Assembly (NCBI GenBank): GCA_965285935.1 | Contig: OZ260664.1 | Coordinates: 50,654,001 to 50,718,000 of the forward strand | Origin: Ophelia neglecta | Taxonomy: Eukaryota | DNA length: 64,000 nt | Reading direction: 5' to 3' | Shown here: positions 45,231 to 57,985 of the stretch, piece by piece | Position numbering within the stretch: position 1 is the stretch's first letter | Layout of the letters: every line of letters starts with the position of its first letter | The notes under the pieces: generated by a model | The model's input: only the letters and a program-made list of their open reading frames with translations | The model's database searches: none | What the model was told of the DNA's origin: nothing | Position numbers and translations under genes: made by a program

Positions 45231-47528
45231 CATACTACTTTCAACTAAATATGACTTCTCATAAAATCAACTAAATACTACTAGGAGAGGTAACCACACG
45301 CATCATGTTCGTGAAGTTATCATGTACAGTAATCATGGAAGTCTAAATCTCATTTTTAGATAAACATACTTTTATGGAAGTGCCAGCAGCTATGACAGCA
45401 CAGAAGATTGCATATTTTAACACATTATATGATAGTTTAAAATTATTTCATTCTCATTTCATAAAATATGTCATGGCAAAAATCTATGAGAAACATTTCA
45501 TTTGTTTTACTATATATGCTACAAATAAAACAAAAAGAAATGTGATAAAATTCTTTTTATTTCTTGTCACCAACTTTGATACAAGATGAATACATTTACC
45601 TGTCAATAGCTTAATAACAATAAATTCACTTAGAGAAGAAATATTAGATTACCAGTATTAAAGAATATAAAGGAACAATATAACTCTACATTTTAAACAA
45701 TAAATAAATAATTTAGCTCCGCTTCACCAATGCGTTAAAATATAACATTTATACACTCTGCACAAGGATAACTATTTCAATGCATAGCAACCTTTTTTTT
45801 CGATTCATTAAAACACTTTAGTAATATTGTTTGACATTTATTTCCTTTCAATGTAATATGTCTAAAACCAGCGACCTCACACTTCACAATTAATTTTTAA
45901 ATAGCAGCAGATCTTTAAACCAATAAAGCACTTCAATACAATGTACATATCAAAGGCATATATCATATCAAAACCAGTTTCATTGGTTACCTTTTTATCT
46001 CCAATATGTAGGCCATTCAGATAATTCTACATCTCCCACAAACTTATTTACAAATTCGATGCCAATTGAAAATGTGAATTTTTTATCTGAAATCAGACCC
46101 AAGTATGAGCAGATTTTAAAAGTTTTCCCACAAACATGAAAAACTATGAATCACCAATTAACAAATTATTTTAATTGTTAAAAGTACAACATTACAAATC
46201 TTATACAACAAACCCCCGCCGACAAAAATTAGCTAAATAGCATAAAAGCCCTATTTGTTAAGAATACCAGGGTGAACTAGGATGTTTTAAGGGGCCAATT
46301 AAATGTTTCCTACTTCGAAGCAAGGCCTCAAAAAGGTTAGTTTCTGGTAATTCATCACATTTAAGCATGTGCATCAATTCATTTACCCATGTATTTTTCT
46401 CCACGCTGATTTCCAAAGAATCTGAATGCTTTTTATTGTTTAATTATTTTTCAACATATCTACCATAAATGTTCAGATACAAAATTAATGAAGTTTGGAT
46501 GTGCAATTTTCTAATCATATGTAAAATATACACAAGAGTTATAATTACTTAAATCACAAAAAGAAGTATAGGCTTGCATCACTTCTAACAAAACCAAACT
46601 ACCAGAAACTTGTACCTTTTTTGAAACCTAAGAGCTGGTTTGACGGGCCCTTCCCACAGCCTGTGAAGAGTTTACTACAGTACACAGAGATAGGGTATGC
46701 CAAGTGCTAGCGAGCCCACAGGTATTGTGGTACACCAGTCATAGAATTGGGAAGCACAAGTATCAATGAGACACTTGTCCTTTAATTTTGTAAACTTGAA
46801 TTAAGACTTTAGTTAATAAGCACTCATTTTTCACCCACAACTTCAGACATTTTTAATTATAATTCCATAATTTTAATATTTATCATTATATAGCTAATTA
46901 AAGCTATTATATGACAATTTAAAAAATCACATACAATCATTAAACTAGTGTCATGGATATTATTCTTTTTATTTAGGTACATGTATTCAAAAGAACACCA
47001 TTTCTTTGTACCCATACAATGCCTGCTCCTTACCAAAACATATATACCAATTATGATGTGTTGGGTCAAATCAGCAATAACAGAATTCAAAATTAACATA
47101 AGAGAGCCTCAAGTACAAGGAACATACACACTGGTCATATATGTATGTAGAATTTCCCATGCATACTCAGTTTGTCTGTCATCAGGCTGAAAGTGGAAAT
47201 ACACTACCAGTACACTGTAGTGCTGAGACAAGATTATGGGCTGCTTCTTCAAACGCACCTGCATGCTTCTTTATCTCTGATATTAGTAGCTATTATTCAA
47301 GTTTTTATATATTTTGCCTATGAGCGCAATTGCATGATGTGAAAAAATAGAAAAAAACAAAACAGTATATCCTAATATGATCTCTTTAAAAGTTTAACCT
47401 AAGTATATGCATTTAAAGTGTATGTATTGAAAAGTTTAACTTGTGGTTTCACATTTGGAACAAAGATGCAATAGATGTATATATACATGTATATATCTAT
47501 ATATCCACAACACCTCAAATGTATTTGA

Positions 47529-49615
47529 TTATTTCGTTTTTACTCTGGATCTAATGCATCTCCTTTTTCCATAAATTCCTTCTCGCGGGGAGTTACCATA
47601 ATAAACCCTTTTCTCTCCAGGAGAAGGGCTACGATTTTTATCACGTGCTACACTTGGGGCATCTAAAATTAAACTTCTTCTGGCTGAGTTTCTGGGATCT
47701 GCAGCTACAGGAACGAGGGCAAGAGGGTTAAAACTTATGATGGCGTCATTTTCATTGGACAATGGTGAGGCTGAGGGAGGCATGGAATTTCTATTATGAT
47801 CCACATCAGACAGGGGACTGGACAAACTTTGGGGGTGCTTCAGAGAATCTTTTGACAGGTCTATCACATCATTCTGTAGGTCTGCATCAGGTGTGACTAG
47901 AATGGGGTTGCCGTTGGGTATTCTTGCTAAGTGAGATTCTGGTTTATACAAAGAGGCACTATCAGAGTGACTTGCTGTTACACTGCCACAATCACTACTT
48001 GAGCGAGAGACGGAGCGTATATTTTCGGTCGTTGAGGTTTGCTGGCAACAAGCACAAGCAATTTTTCCAGCAGGTCTGTTTTCACACATCTGTTCGTTGT
48101 TTTTGACACCGGAGTCTCTACTGGATTCACACTTATTGCGCTTTTCATGAAAGGCAGTTTTGTGTTCTGGTTTTGTACTGGCTGACTTCTGTTCCTGCTT
48201 AGGTCTAGAAATAAGGGGAGCTTCATGAACTTGTGGAGAGCTCACCTTGGTAGTAGTGGTCAGAGGTTCAGGTTTGATGTTGATGGGTGGTATAACAGAA
48301 CCTTTAATAGGAATGGGTATTGGGATGGGGATGGGCACAGGCAGTGGGACAATGAATGGATAAGGTACCATCAGAGTGTTTGGGGGCATCATTGCTGAGA
48401 GCTGGTTGGGATGTGCTGATAAATAGCTTCCTGGATAAGGTGAATAAGGGTTATAAGATGGCACCCCCCCTGCCAAAGAGCTCCAAAGAGAGTTTAATAA
48501 ATGAGGCGGAGGGGGTAGCAAAGGTGGGGCTGAAGGGTGATTCTGCTCTGCAGAGGGTTGGGAAGCTAAACCTGCCTTTACATTCTCTGAACAACTACTT
48601 ACCTTAGTGGTAGCTGAGGAGGAGCCCTGATTGTTTGGCTGGGCAGTTGGCAGGACAAAGTGGGGAATAGAGCCTGGAGGACCTACACCAGGTAAGGAAC
48701 TTCCTAAGCTGGCAGCTAACATAGGGTGATATAATATAGGGGGCGCCCCATGACTAAATGAACTCAGGCCACTTCCTACAGGGGGTCCGGTAGTAGTTGT
48801 CAGGTTGGCGGTAGGTCGCGAATTATAACTTGACTGAAAGTGAGTGGCATTTTCACTATTCGCTGAGCTGCGCGGTGGAGACAACAGTGAAGAATCAGAG
48901 CTAGCAGCTAGGGAAATGGGCGTTGACGATGTGGAATCTCTAGACTTGAGCCTTCGTAGTCTTTCTCGTTCACTTGTGTATGATTTTTCAAACATTTGAG
49001 CAGATTTCGTTGTGCTTGTGCTTGAAGAAGCTAACTCTGCAGTCCTTATTCGTTGTGTTGTGTCTTCTTTTTTTGCTGGGGACCTATCACGAACAGTACT
49101 ATGGCGAGGAGAAGAATGAACAGTCTTTACCACATGTACCTCTGGGCTTCTGGAGCTTTCCTTCTGTTTTGTATCTAAGTCTAAAGGTTTGTCAGAGGAA
49201 TTTGCTTTAGGATTTTCCTCGTTTGGTCCTCCATCCTCCCACAAATCTGGAGTGATCAGTATTCGCTGACTAGATACAGCAACTGGTAATTTACGAGCGT
49301 CAACTTGGGATTGAATCTGCTGCAAATGTACTTGTGTCTCTTTGCAGAAAATGTTCATTTTATATTGATTCAAACACTTATCACTGCAGAACTGTAACTG
49401 TTGGTCTCCATCTTGAAAATCAACAAAACTCACTGTGTGCCTGACATGCTTACACCAATCACAAAGTTTGTTCTTCTTGAAAGATGCACGTCGACACAAC
49501 GTGAAACACAGCTCACTACAGAATCCCTTAGCGCCATCAGCCGTTTTCAGCGTGAACAGCTTGACTCCTTGTTTCTGACACCACTGACAGACAATTGCTT
49601 CCCTCTCTCCGGTAA
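47529..49615 (-). CDS. SOBP: Sine oculis-binding protein homolog, large terminal coding exon (5'-partial)
   Basis: Acceptor ctcttttgcag|TT at 49615. The frame reads VCQWCQKQG...GFCSELCFTLCRRASFKKNKLCDWCKHVRH...QLQFCSDKCLNQYKMNIFCKETQ (two FCS zinc fingers), then PPNTLMVPYPFIVPLPVPIPIPIP, VIDLS and a basic C-terminus. Stop at 47529. Upstream exons were not found before 64000. Confidence 0.93.
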
Positions 49616-52600
49616 CTGCAAAAGAGAATAGGGATGATAAATAAATGAACTCAAACTACTCTCATTTACTTTATGAATACTACTATCACTAGTTGGCAAT
49701 TTCATTATGTGAAAGCCCTATTCCTGACTAGTAGTAATAAGGCATACACTTGTTCAGTACAAAAACATTAAATTATAGTGATCATAACAGCACAAAGTCT
49801 AGCCTTTTTGCTTTGTACAGATCTTCTTCTGATTAAATATTACTTATAAAAAATATTATCATGCAACATAATAAATAAAAGTATTTGTTCCTGATAATTT
49901 CTTTGAATTTAACATGCATATGCACACGACTAAACATCCCAATTGTGTAAAGTATTGGTGTACGTGACTTTATAGTCCCTGTGTTTATCAACAATCTCAA
50001 GTATATTAGCACTTTATCAAATTGCAAAATTTCCAATGTCAAACACTGGTATCTCAATCAGCCAAGGAGGTCGGACAATGCCAATAGTGGGTGGCTTAAG
50101 ATGTGAACAGTAACTCTACAGTATAAGGTGGCCTCAAGTGGAGAAAGCTGATCTTTACACAGGAGAGGGGCATCAAATTTCCACCTAATCTAAGTTCTCT
50201 TCTAAACAGACACACCCAAGTCTTGTGAGAGTGGGAGACAAGCAAGTGCTGCTGATACCCCACTTCTTGGACCTTTTTGGATAAAGCTCCCACAGAACTA
50301 CACACACCATGCATTTTTTCACTGTTGATATATCTTAAGAAATGTTTAGAGTTGTCTAAACTGGGATCTGCCAAAATTGAGTAATGGGGCCTTCAAACTA
50401 AACCTAAGAACTGCACATGATCTGCCAGAGTAGGAGGCCCTTCTCTTTCCTTCAACTGAATACCAGTGTTATGTACCTGTAGGTATATTACTTTTAACCT
50501 TGAACCAAAAGTTTAAACCAATTATTAATACATATTTTACAACACCAGGGAAAATATGCACCACTAACAAATAGGAGTTAGATAGCTTGTGTGGTACCTA
50601 CTTTCATATTTATTCCAGCTATTGCTGGTTTAAAACTAACCATGCATGTGGTATTCCTAGCGCATTCACCTGATTTTTGAACTATGATAGAATATGTCAT
50701 GAATCTTCAATGAAACATTGTAACCTTCAAACAAAGGAATAAATAAACAAGAGAACATCGATAAGCTGGGTGTACAGGGGTTAATTCGCCAGCTAGACAA
50801 GAAGGTTTGGTTTCTTTATTGGACCCTTGTATACCCACAATAATACACGAGCTTGTCACATGTTCATGGTTCTCAATTGAGTTCTTGCTATAGCCATACA
50901 TGGCATTTCACTCTATTAAGATGTGCTTTATATTTCATGCAAATATAATGTTAATGAAAAAATTGCTGAAATTCAGTAACCTGATCATTTTACTACCGGT
51001 ACCAAGATACCCAAGGAGATGATACCCAGGGCATTCATAAATGATATGTGAATTGCTACATTTGATTATGTTACAAACATCTGTACTGAGAATTGATGTA
51101 GGCAACATAAACAGGATTTATACTCATCATGCTCATGTGCAAAAGTATCAGGTTTATTGACAAAATAAACCCAATTATTTGTGAAATACATGCATGTTGA
51201 GATTGCACTAAGAAGTGATGGGACCAGTTAAGTCATGAGGTTAGATTGTGACATCATATTTGTCATGTCATTTTCAAAATATTTATGACATCACTTTCTA
51301 GACTCCATGACATGAGAGTTATTATCACTTTTCAGTGAATACTAGGAGATATGTACTTGCATTTTTTTTCACACATCATAATGAAAAAATCATCAACACA
51401 TTCAGATCATAATCCCTAATTTTGCCTCAGGGCTATATAAGTGCCTTACTTACACACACACACACCTGCCCTTTCTGACCCCATCTGAACTGCAGTAAAA
51501 TCTGACCCCAAGTTAACTGCAGCAAAATCAGCATTAATTTGTTATATAACCAGAACAGATTATAAGGTCCAATTTGTCAAGCTACATTATAATGTTTAGA
51601 AGTGGAATTGTTTACCCTCCCTCACCCTCCTCTCAGGCCTGCCCCTAGGGTGAGAACCAAATTTGAAGATTTTGTGCACACCCCTGATAATAGCTAGGCC
51701 TATAGTACCCAAAATTTTCATGTTTGTATCTTAAATAATATAGGAGAATACAGATAACATTATGTCTGCACACACCGGCAAGACAACATGATCCATGCCT
51801 TCTATGAAATGCAGTGTAATTATATACAAGCATGCTTATATATGCTTTCACCCCATGATATATTATCAAAAAAAGGGTAATCTTATCTTAAACACTACTG
51901 CGGTTGCAATTTCCGGGGTGGATTGACATAATTTTTTTTAAATATTTGCCCAGATGTACTCATATTACAAGAGCCAAGTTAGTGAGGATGATATGCACAT
52001 ACCCTAGTGTTAAATGCATTTCATTAAAAAGGATTCAAATTGGGAAACCATCACACAGCTCTAACACTGATCATGGCGTTGGTTCTTTTTGTGCTCACTC
52101 AAGATGTCAGAAACAAACTTGGGCCACACTTGAGGCCCTATCTTGCATTTCCAGATGTTCCCAAACTTTACCGGCTTGGCGGTTCTAAGCACCATCTCAT
52201 GTATAAGAAAACACTTCAATTCATTGGAAACCCAGAGGTATTCCCTCAAAATAGAGCATAATTGTAAAATGATCCTGCACTATAGGATTACCTCAGTAGC
52301 AGCATACCATCATTAAAATGTAATGCAAACTCACATAGGCACAAGATAGCAAAGCAATGTTTTCAACATCTGTCTGCTGTTTGTATATGGCTCTTGCAGA
52401 GTCTAGAAATAATTGAATATGTTTGTGTGCTATTTCAGTTCATGGAATGAGAAAAGAAACCAATCATGGAATTAACAAAGTACAAGTGGCTATAGAGACA
52501 CTCTTTCAGACAAAGATGCTAAATCTAATTATTAACAATTATATTGTATCGCCCCTGACGTTAAATTGTTATCAAATGAATTCAGTTATAGCATGCAAAC

Positions 52601-53199
52601 ATTATTTATTTATTATTCATTAAAATATATTGATACTGGAATAGGCTATCATCACATCTATTTTTCATAGAGGTCCACATTTGTACATGACTGAAGTGTC
52701 ACAACAATCATCATAGACAAATAAGTAAAACACTGAGATAATCATGACGAGAGACAACAGTCTCCAGAAATAAGTTAACCAATAAGGTATGTGGGTGTCA
52801 TGTAACAGTACAGTCTGTTATAGGATACCTAGCTGGTACTTCTTTTGCCCTCACCCTTTTTTGAAAAAAAATGGGGGCTATGTATTTTGGCTACAGCTTG
52901 GCAACTGTTAGGCTCACAGTGACTATATTCCACAGGTATTGTATATAGGCAAAAGGAAAGTTGTTTGAGATAGGTGGCACTGCCACAGTGCCTATACTAC
53001 AACAATATGGTGACAAAAAATCATTAACAAGATTGTCCAAAAAGTATAAGAGCTCTGTGGCTGAAACTGACAGGGGGGAAGTTTTATAGGCTTAACTGAT
53101 TGACTTTCGGCAGGAATCTGAATATAATAAGTTGTCATAGCAATGCAAAATAAAAAATGAGATCGGCAAAGAAATGTTGATTCTTCTTTTGTTTTTTTG

Positions 53200-53801
53200 C
53201 CATTTCATACGATTTCCAGTGTTTAGAGCAAAAGCAAATTTGGGGGGTCTTTGGGGGGCAGGGGTCTGGGTTAATTTTTTTTGGAAAATGTCTGAAATAT
53301 TTATTTTTGCTTTTCTTGCCATTTCATGAGATTGAACAAAAATAAAGTATATTGGAGTTCTTTGGGGGGGGGGGGGGGGGGAGGAGGTCAGGGACCATTT
53401 CGCCATTTCATGTGATTTCCAGTGTTTAGAGCAAAAACAAATTTGGGGGGTCTTTGGGGGGGGGGGGGGTCTGGGTCAGTTTTTTTGGAAAATGTCTGAA
53501 ATTTTTATTTTTGCTTTTCTTGCCATTTCTTGAGATTGAACAAATAAAATATATTGGAGTTCTTTGGGGGGTGGGGGGGTGGGGTGGGGTGGGGAGGGGG
53601 TCTGGGACCATTTCGCCATTTCATGCGATTTCCAGTGTTTAGAGCAAAAACAAATTTGGGGGGTCTTTGGGGGGGGGGTCTGGGTCAGTTTTTTTGGAAA
53701 ATGTCTGAAATTTTTATTTTTGCTTTTCTTGCCATTTCTTGAGATTGAACAAATAAAGTATATTGGAGTTCTTTGGGGGGGTGGGGAGGGGGTCTGGGAC
53801 C
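53200..53801. repeat. About 205-bp tandem repeat x3 with variable poly-G tracts
   Basis: Units begin CCATTTCATRYGATTTCCAGTGTTTAGAGCAAAA at about 53200, 53403 and 53616. Confidence 0.9.
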
Positions 53802-54049
53802 TACTTTTGACTTTATATTATTGATTTTGCAAAAGATATGCTTTCTATTCCTTTTAATTGGTGGGGGGTTTGCGTTTCTAAATTCCTTGTTAATCCTCTG
53901 CTCTGGGTGGAATATTTAGACCCACCAGCCTTTAAATACAGCTAATGACATAACCTTGCCATGAATTTTTTAACATTTTAACAATTGTAAACAATTATTG
54001 GACTTCACATATTCTTTATCAGTATTGAAGATATGCCTACATAGATAAT

Positions 54050-54232
54050 GCATCTAATGTACATCTACCACACACATCCCATTGATATGTATCTAATGTA
54101 TTTATACCACACACATCACATTAATATAAGTCTAATACACATACCACACACATCCCATTGATATACATCTAATATACTTACCACACACTGCTTTGATATA
54201 GATCTAATGTTCATCTACCACACACATCACAG
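54050..54232. repeat. Diverged tandem repeat of about 39 bp, 4-5 copies
   Basis: TCTAATGTACATCTACCACACACATCCCATTGATAT-like units. Confidence 0.75.
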
Positions 54233-55796
54233 TGTTTGTTTTAAAATATAACGGTTGCATGAAAGAGTTCACACGACCAATTCGAAAATAATATTTGCAA
54301 GCAGGATTTTCTATAAGCAGTAGACATGCAAAAGTACGCCATGATGTTTGTTGAATTTTGACTTTTTGCATTTCCTTTTAATCAGAAAGTTAACCATCCT
54401 GTCATAAGATAGGCTCATATTCTAATTAATAAGTTGATGTTGTCTGGTAGCAGGACAGAGTTTCAGAAAGAGAGGCACTGGAGACAGCCCACACTGTTAT
54501 ACTGGAGCCCCTGAGAGTTGCTTGACATCGCAAAATGTAATAGGATGCCGATTATTCAATAATAGAAATGGAGACTTTGGAGGCTTAGCCATATCACATA
54601 CCTTCATCCATCACTCTTATACACCCGAAATAAACTTGGGTAAAGCTTGGAAACCTAATGCTCAGTGTAAATTTACTTTTTTGCTCCGGCCTCTCAAGTG
54701 TCAGAACTAGTGACAGAGTGAGTCTGGACCAGAGGTAATGGCAAGTACAAACTCAATGCTCACTATACACACAACTACACTGCTGGCTATATATACAGAG
54801 AGCTATCGAAATTAAATCCAAAGTGAATAGATGATTTTTCTCCCTCAAATATACCAGTTACATGTACAGGCAAGAATTTAAGATTTGTACTAAATATTGG
54901 TGTCTTAACACAACACTTTTGAAATCTGCGCAGTTATATGAACTACTCGTTTTTTTATTTCTAGATAAAATACAACTAGAGCTAGGTAATCAAAACCATG
55001 TCTGCTTATTATCTCAGTCTGAGCTTTTTATAAGGCAAAACATTGTAAACATTAAACTGTTCATTTCCTCCCACCCTTCCAGGTACGTAAATGCTAGCTA
55101 TAGAAAACACAATTAAGATAGCAACAGCTACAAATTTTAATCTTATCTGACAAGTTTAATAAGGAATACAATTGCACCATTTTACACTTTAAACTGGCTA
55201 TACCAGCAAAATAGAGATAAGCAGATACGGCAGAACCATTTCTGAAATCCTGATGTTGATATCTAGTATTGGGAGGGAGCCATAATCAATGCTATCCCAT
55301 AGTGATTTCTTTCACAAAGGTGCATGTCTTTCTGTCTTGCTCAACGGATTTTTTACACAAGTGCATGATATGGAAATGGCTGAGCTGGAGATGGTGAGCA
55401 AATATTATTCCAGGAGAAACATAAATCTACAGAGGACACTAAATACTGATTTCTATTACCTAGGCTGCTTCACTGCTTCACTTGATACAGGGATGTCATT
55501 AAGAGGAGTAATCCAATACCCAGGTCACTGGGGAGTTTATTAATATTTTTACATTTAATCAATACCACATCTATTGCAGCTTTGATTAGAGAGGGGAATT
55601 ATGCCAGACTATCAGAGTATATGCTTTTCTATTTGTTTGTTTGCAATGAACATTATTTCCGATGTTAAACTGTTATTTCAACTGAGTTGTGGCAGGTGGG
55701 GGTGGCGGTGGGGCTGGGGTGGGGGTTACTTAAATTAATCAGCAAAATTCTCCACTAAATTTCAGAGGTAGAACATGATAATATCTTATTTCTCAA

Positions 55797-55847
55797 ATTC
55801 ATATTTACCACTGTCATATAGATTCATATTTACCACTGTCATATAGA
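55797..55847. repeat. 25-bp tandem duplication
   Basis: ATTCATATTTACCACTGTCATATAG occurs twice. Confidence 0.8.
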
Positions 55848-57985
55848 TATGTCTACATTCAGTTTGATCATTAAACCGGTCAAAGTATATAAAGATGCAA
55901 AACAACAAAGTTAGTCTGGCAGAATCAGATACTCTCTATAGACAAGTGTTCATAGCTAAACCTTGGTACCATAAACAGTGATAATTGTCATAATGTGCCT
56001 TCTAGGAAGCTTAAACAATGGCTTTATACATTTATATAATGTACTACTATGGTGATTCTGTCGAGGTCATCAACTGAATGTTAGAAACTGTCATTAACAA
56101 ACAACTAATTTACTAACAGATGCAGATATCTGCAAGGGATCATCTGTGATTACAAAAGAAATATGTATTCTCATTAATGGATCATATTGCTATCAAAATG
56201 CCTATGACATTTAGCACGGAACCAATTCTATAATCATCGTTGAAAGACAAAACCAAGCAGAGAAAGAGAAGATTGCAATTCCAAGGATCCTAGTTCTTCA
56301 CAAAGAAAGAAAACTAAATACAAAATGGCTGACAAGATGAAATCATAGATGTATTATATAATTAAGCCATTTGGTTCTCATTAACATACCCTTCCTATGG
56401 AACAGCTACAATTTCATGACCATTCTCATCATTTTTGCCAGATATTGTGGAATATTATGGTCTTATTACAGTGCATGTCACTTTAACAATTGGTAACAAA
56501 TATTGAAATTTATTTCAGCAGGCACTCTGTGTATATGCTCAGATTTATAAGAATGTTTTATGGATGAAAACACATTTGCTTGTGCATGTTTAATAATTAA
56601 CAAAAACAACATTCAAGACAGAAACTATTTATCAATCCATTATCTTTTCAGTCTCATAAAATGGGTTCTTCAAACTAAAAAAATACAAAAGCTACTACAA
56701 CCTATGGGTGTTTAACATGGTGCTCGTGTTTAGTGCAAAATTATGGAGAATCATTATTTTTAGAGGAAACACAAAAGAAGATTCTACATTACACTTCAAA
56801 GTTTTTCCTGTTTTGCAGAATACGTATTGATAGCTGTATAGATTTCACTCACTTTGCACATTATGCCAGCGCTTTGGTTGGGATGCGACTATGCAAACTT
56901 GAGCTTAATGGAGAGTTATTCCATTTCCTTTATCCTAGCATTGTCAACAAAGTAGCAGTGAAACGTAAGGAAAAGCTCAATTAATAGATGTTTGCTGATC
57001 AAAAAAGTCGAGATTGTCACTTGGAGATGACGGTAACATGACCAATGTTAGGTATCACAAGTCAGGGACAGCACCTCGGCAGAGATACACACAACAGACG
57101 TAGAGTAAAACAGCCAGGTAGAAATCAAAATTTCACATCAGCTAGCCTTACACCTTTGTCGTATTTTTACTGAGGTAAATGTGATCAAAGATTTTGAAAA
57201 CTGTCACTTCAAAAGAAATGTTATATTTGTCAATCTGACTGGAAAAGAAATACATGTCAATGCCGGTAAACTGTGGTTTGATATTTTGGCAAAATGATAT
57301 CCTAACTTCCTTACTTCATATGGCAAGATTGTACCCACAATGAGACAAAAAATCTGGCCTTTCATATAAACTTATAAACAGTAAGGTTAACTTATGAAAT
57401 CATTATATTTTAGGTTGGAAATTAAACAAAATGATGTAATGACCTCTTCCAAAGTGTGAAATCAACAGAATGCAACATCACTTTCACATCAATTTTTTCT
57501 CAGAGCAAATAAATATATAAATAAATTATTTAAGAAACATGTCAAGACACTGGGTGTGTTAGAATGCAACCACATGACTCATTCTATCAAATGTTGTTTT
57601 AAAAAACTATTTAAATGAATTGCAATATAACCTGAAGCATTTTTCATTGTCAGCCCTTTCAATCAAGTGTTGAAAAAATTGCCCACTTTCTGTTTAATGA
57701 TAAGTACACTAGTTCTTGATTTATACACTATGTGGGTCTCTTCTAAACCAAGAAATCTAGAAAGAAATACACTAGAAAAATCTTGACAAGGCCAGTTGAT
57801 GTGGACATGTGAGTCAAAGGCTTGTTTCAGGAGAAAAAGCCCATGAGAATATTACTTATCAAAACTGCTAGACCATTTTCCAAAAGCCTGAACATGGCTA
57901 AAATTCCTTTAAATAATTAGGCATAATTTATACAGCTTGAAGTTATATGCAGGATTTAACCCAGGTTGTTTCAACCAAGGTAGTT

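Noticed and set aside
50707-50901. MYGYSK ORF as the SOBP N-terminal (NELLGWYGY) exon
   Set aside because: There is an in-frame stop just upstream and no NELLGW match, so the similarity looks like chance.
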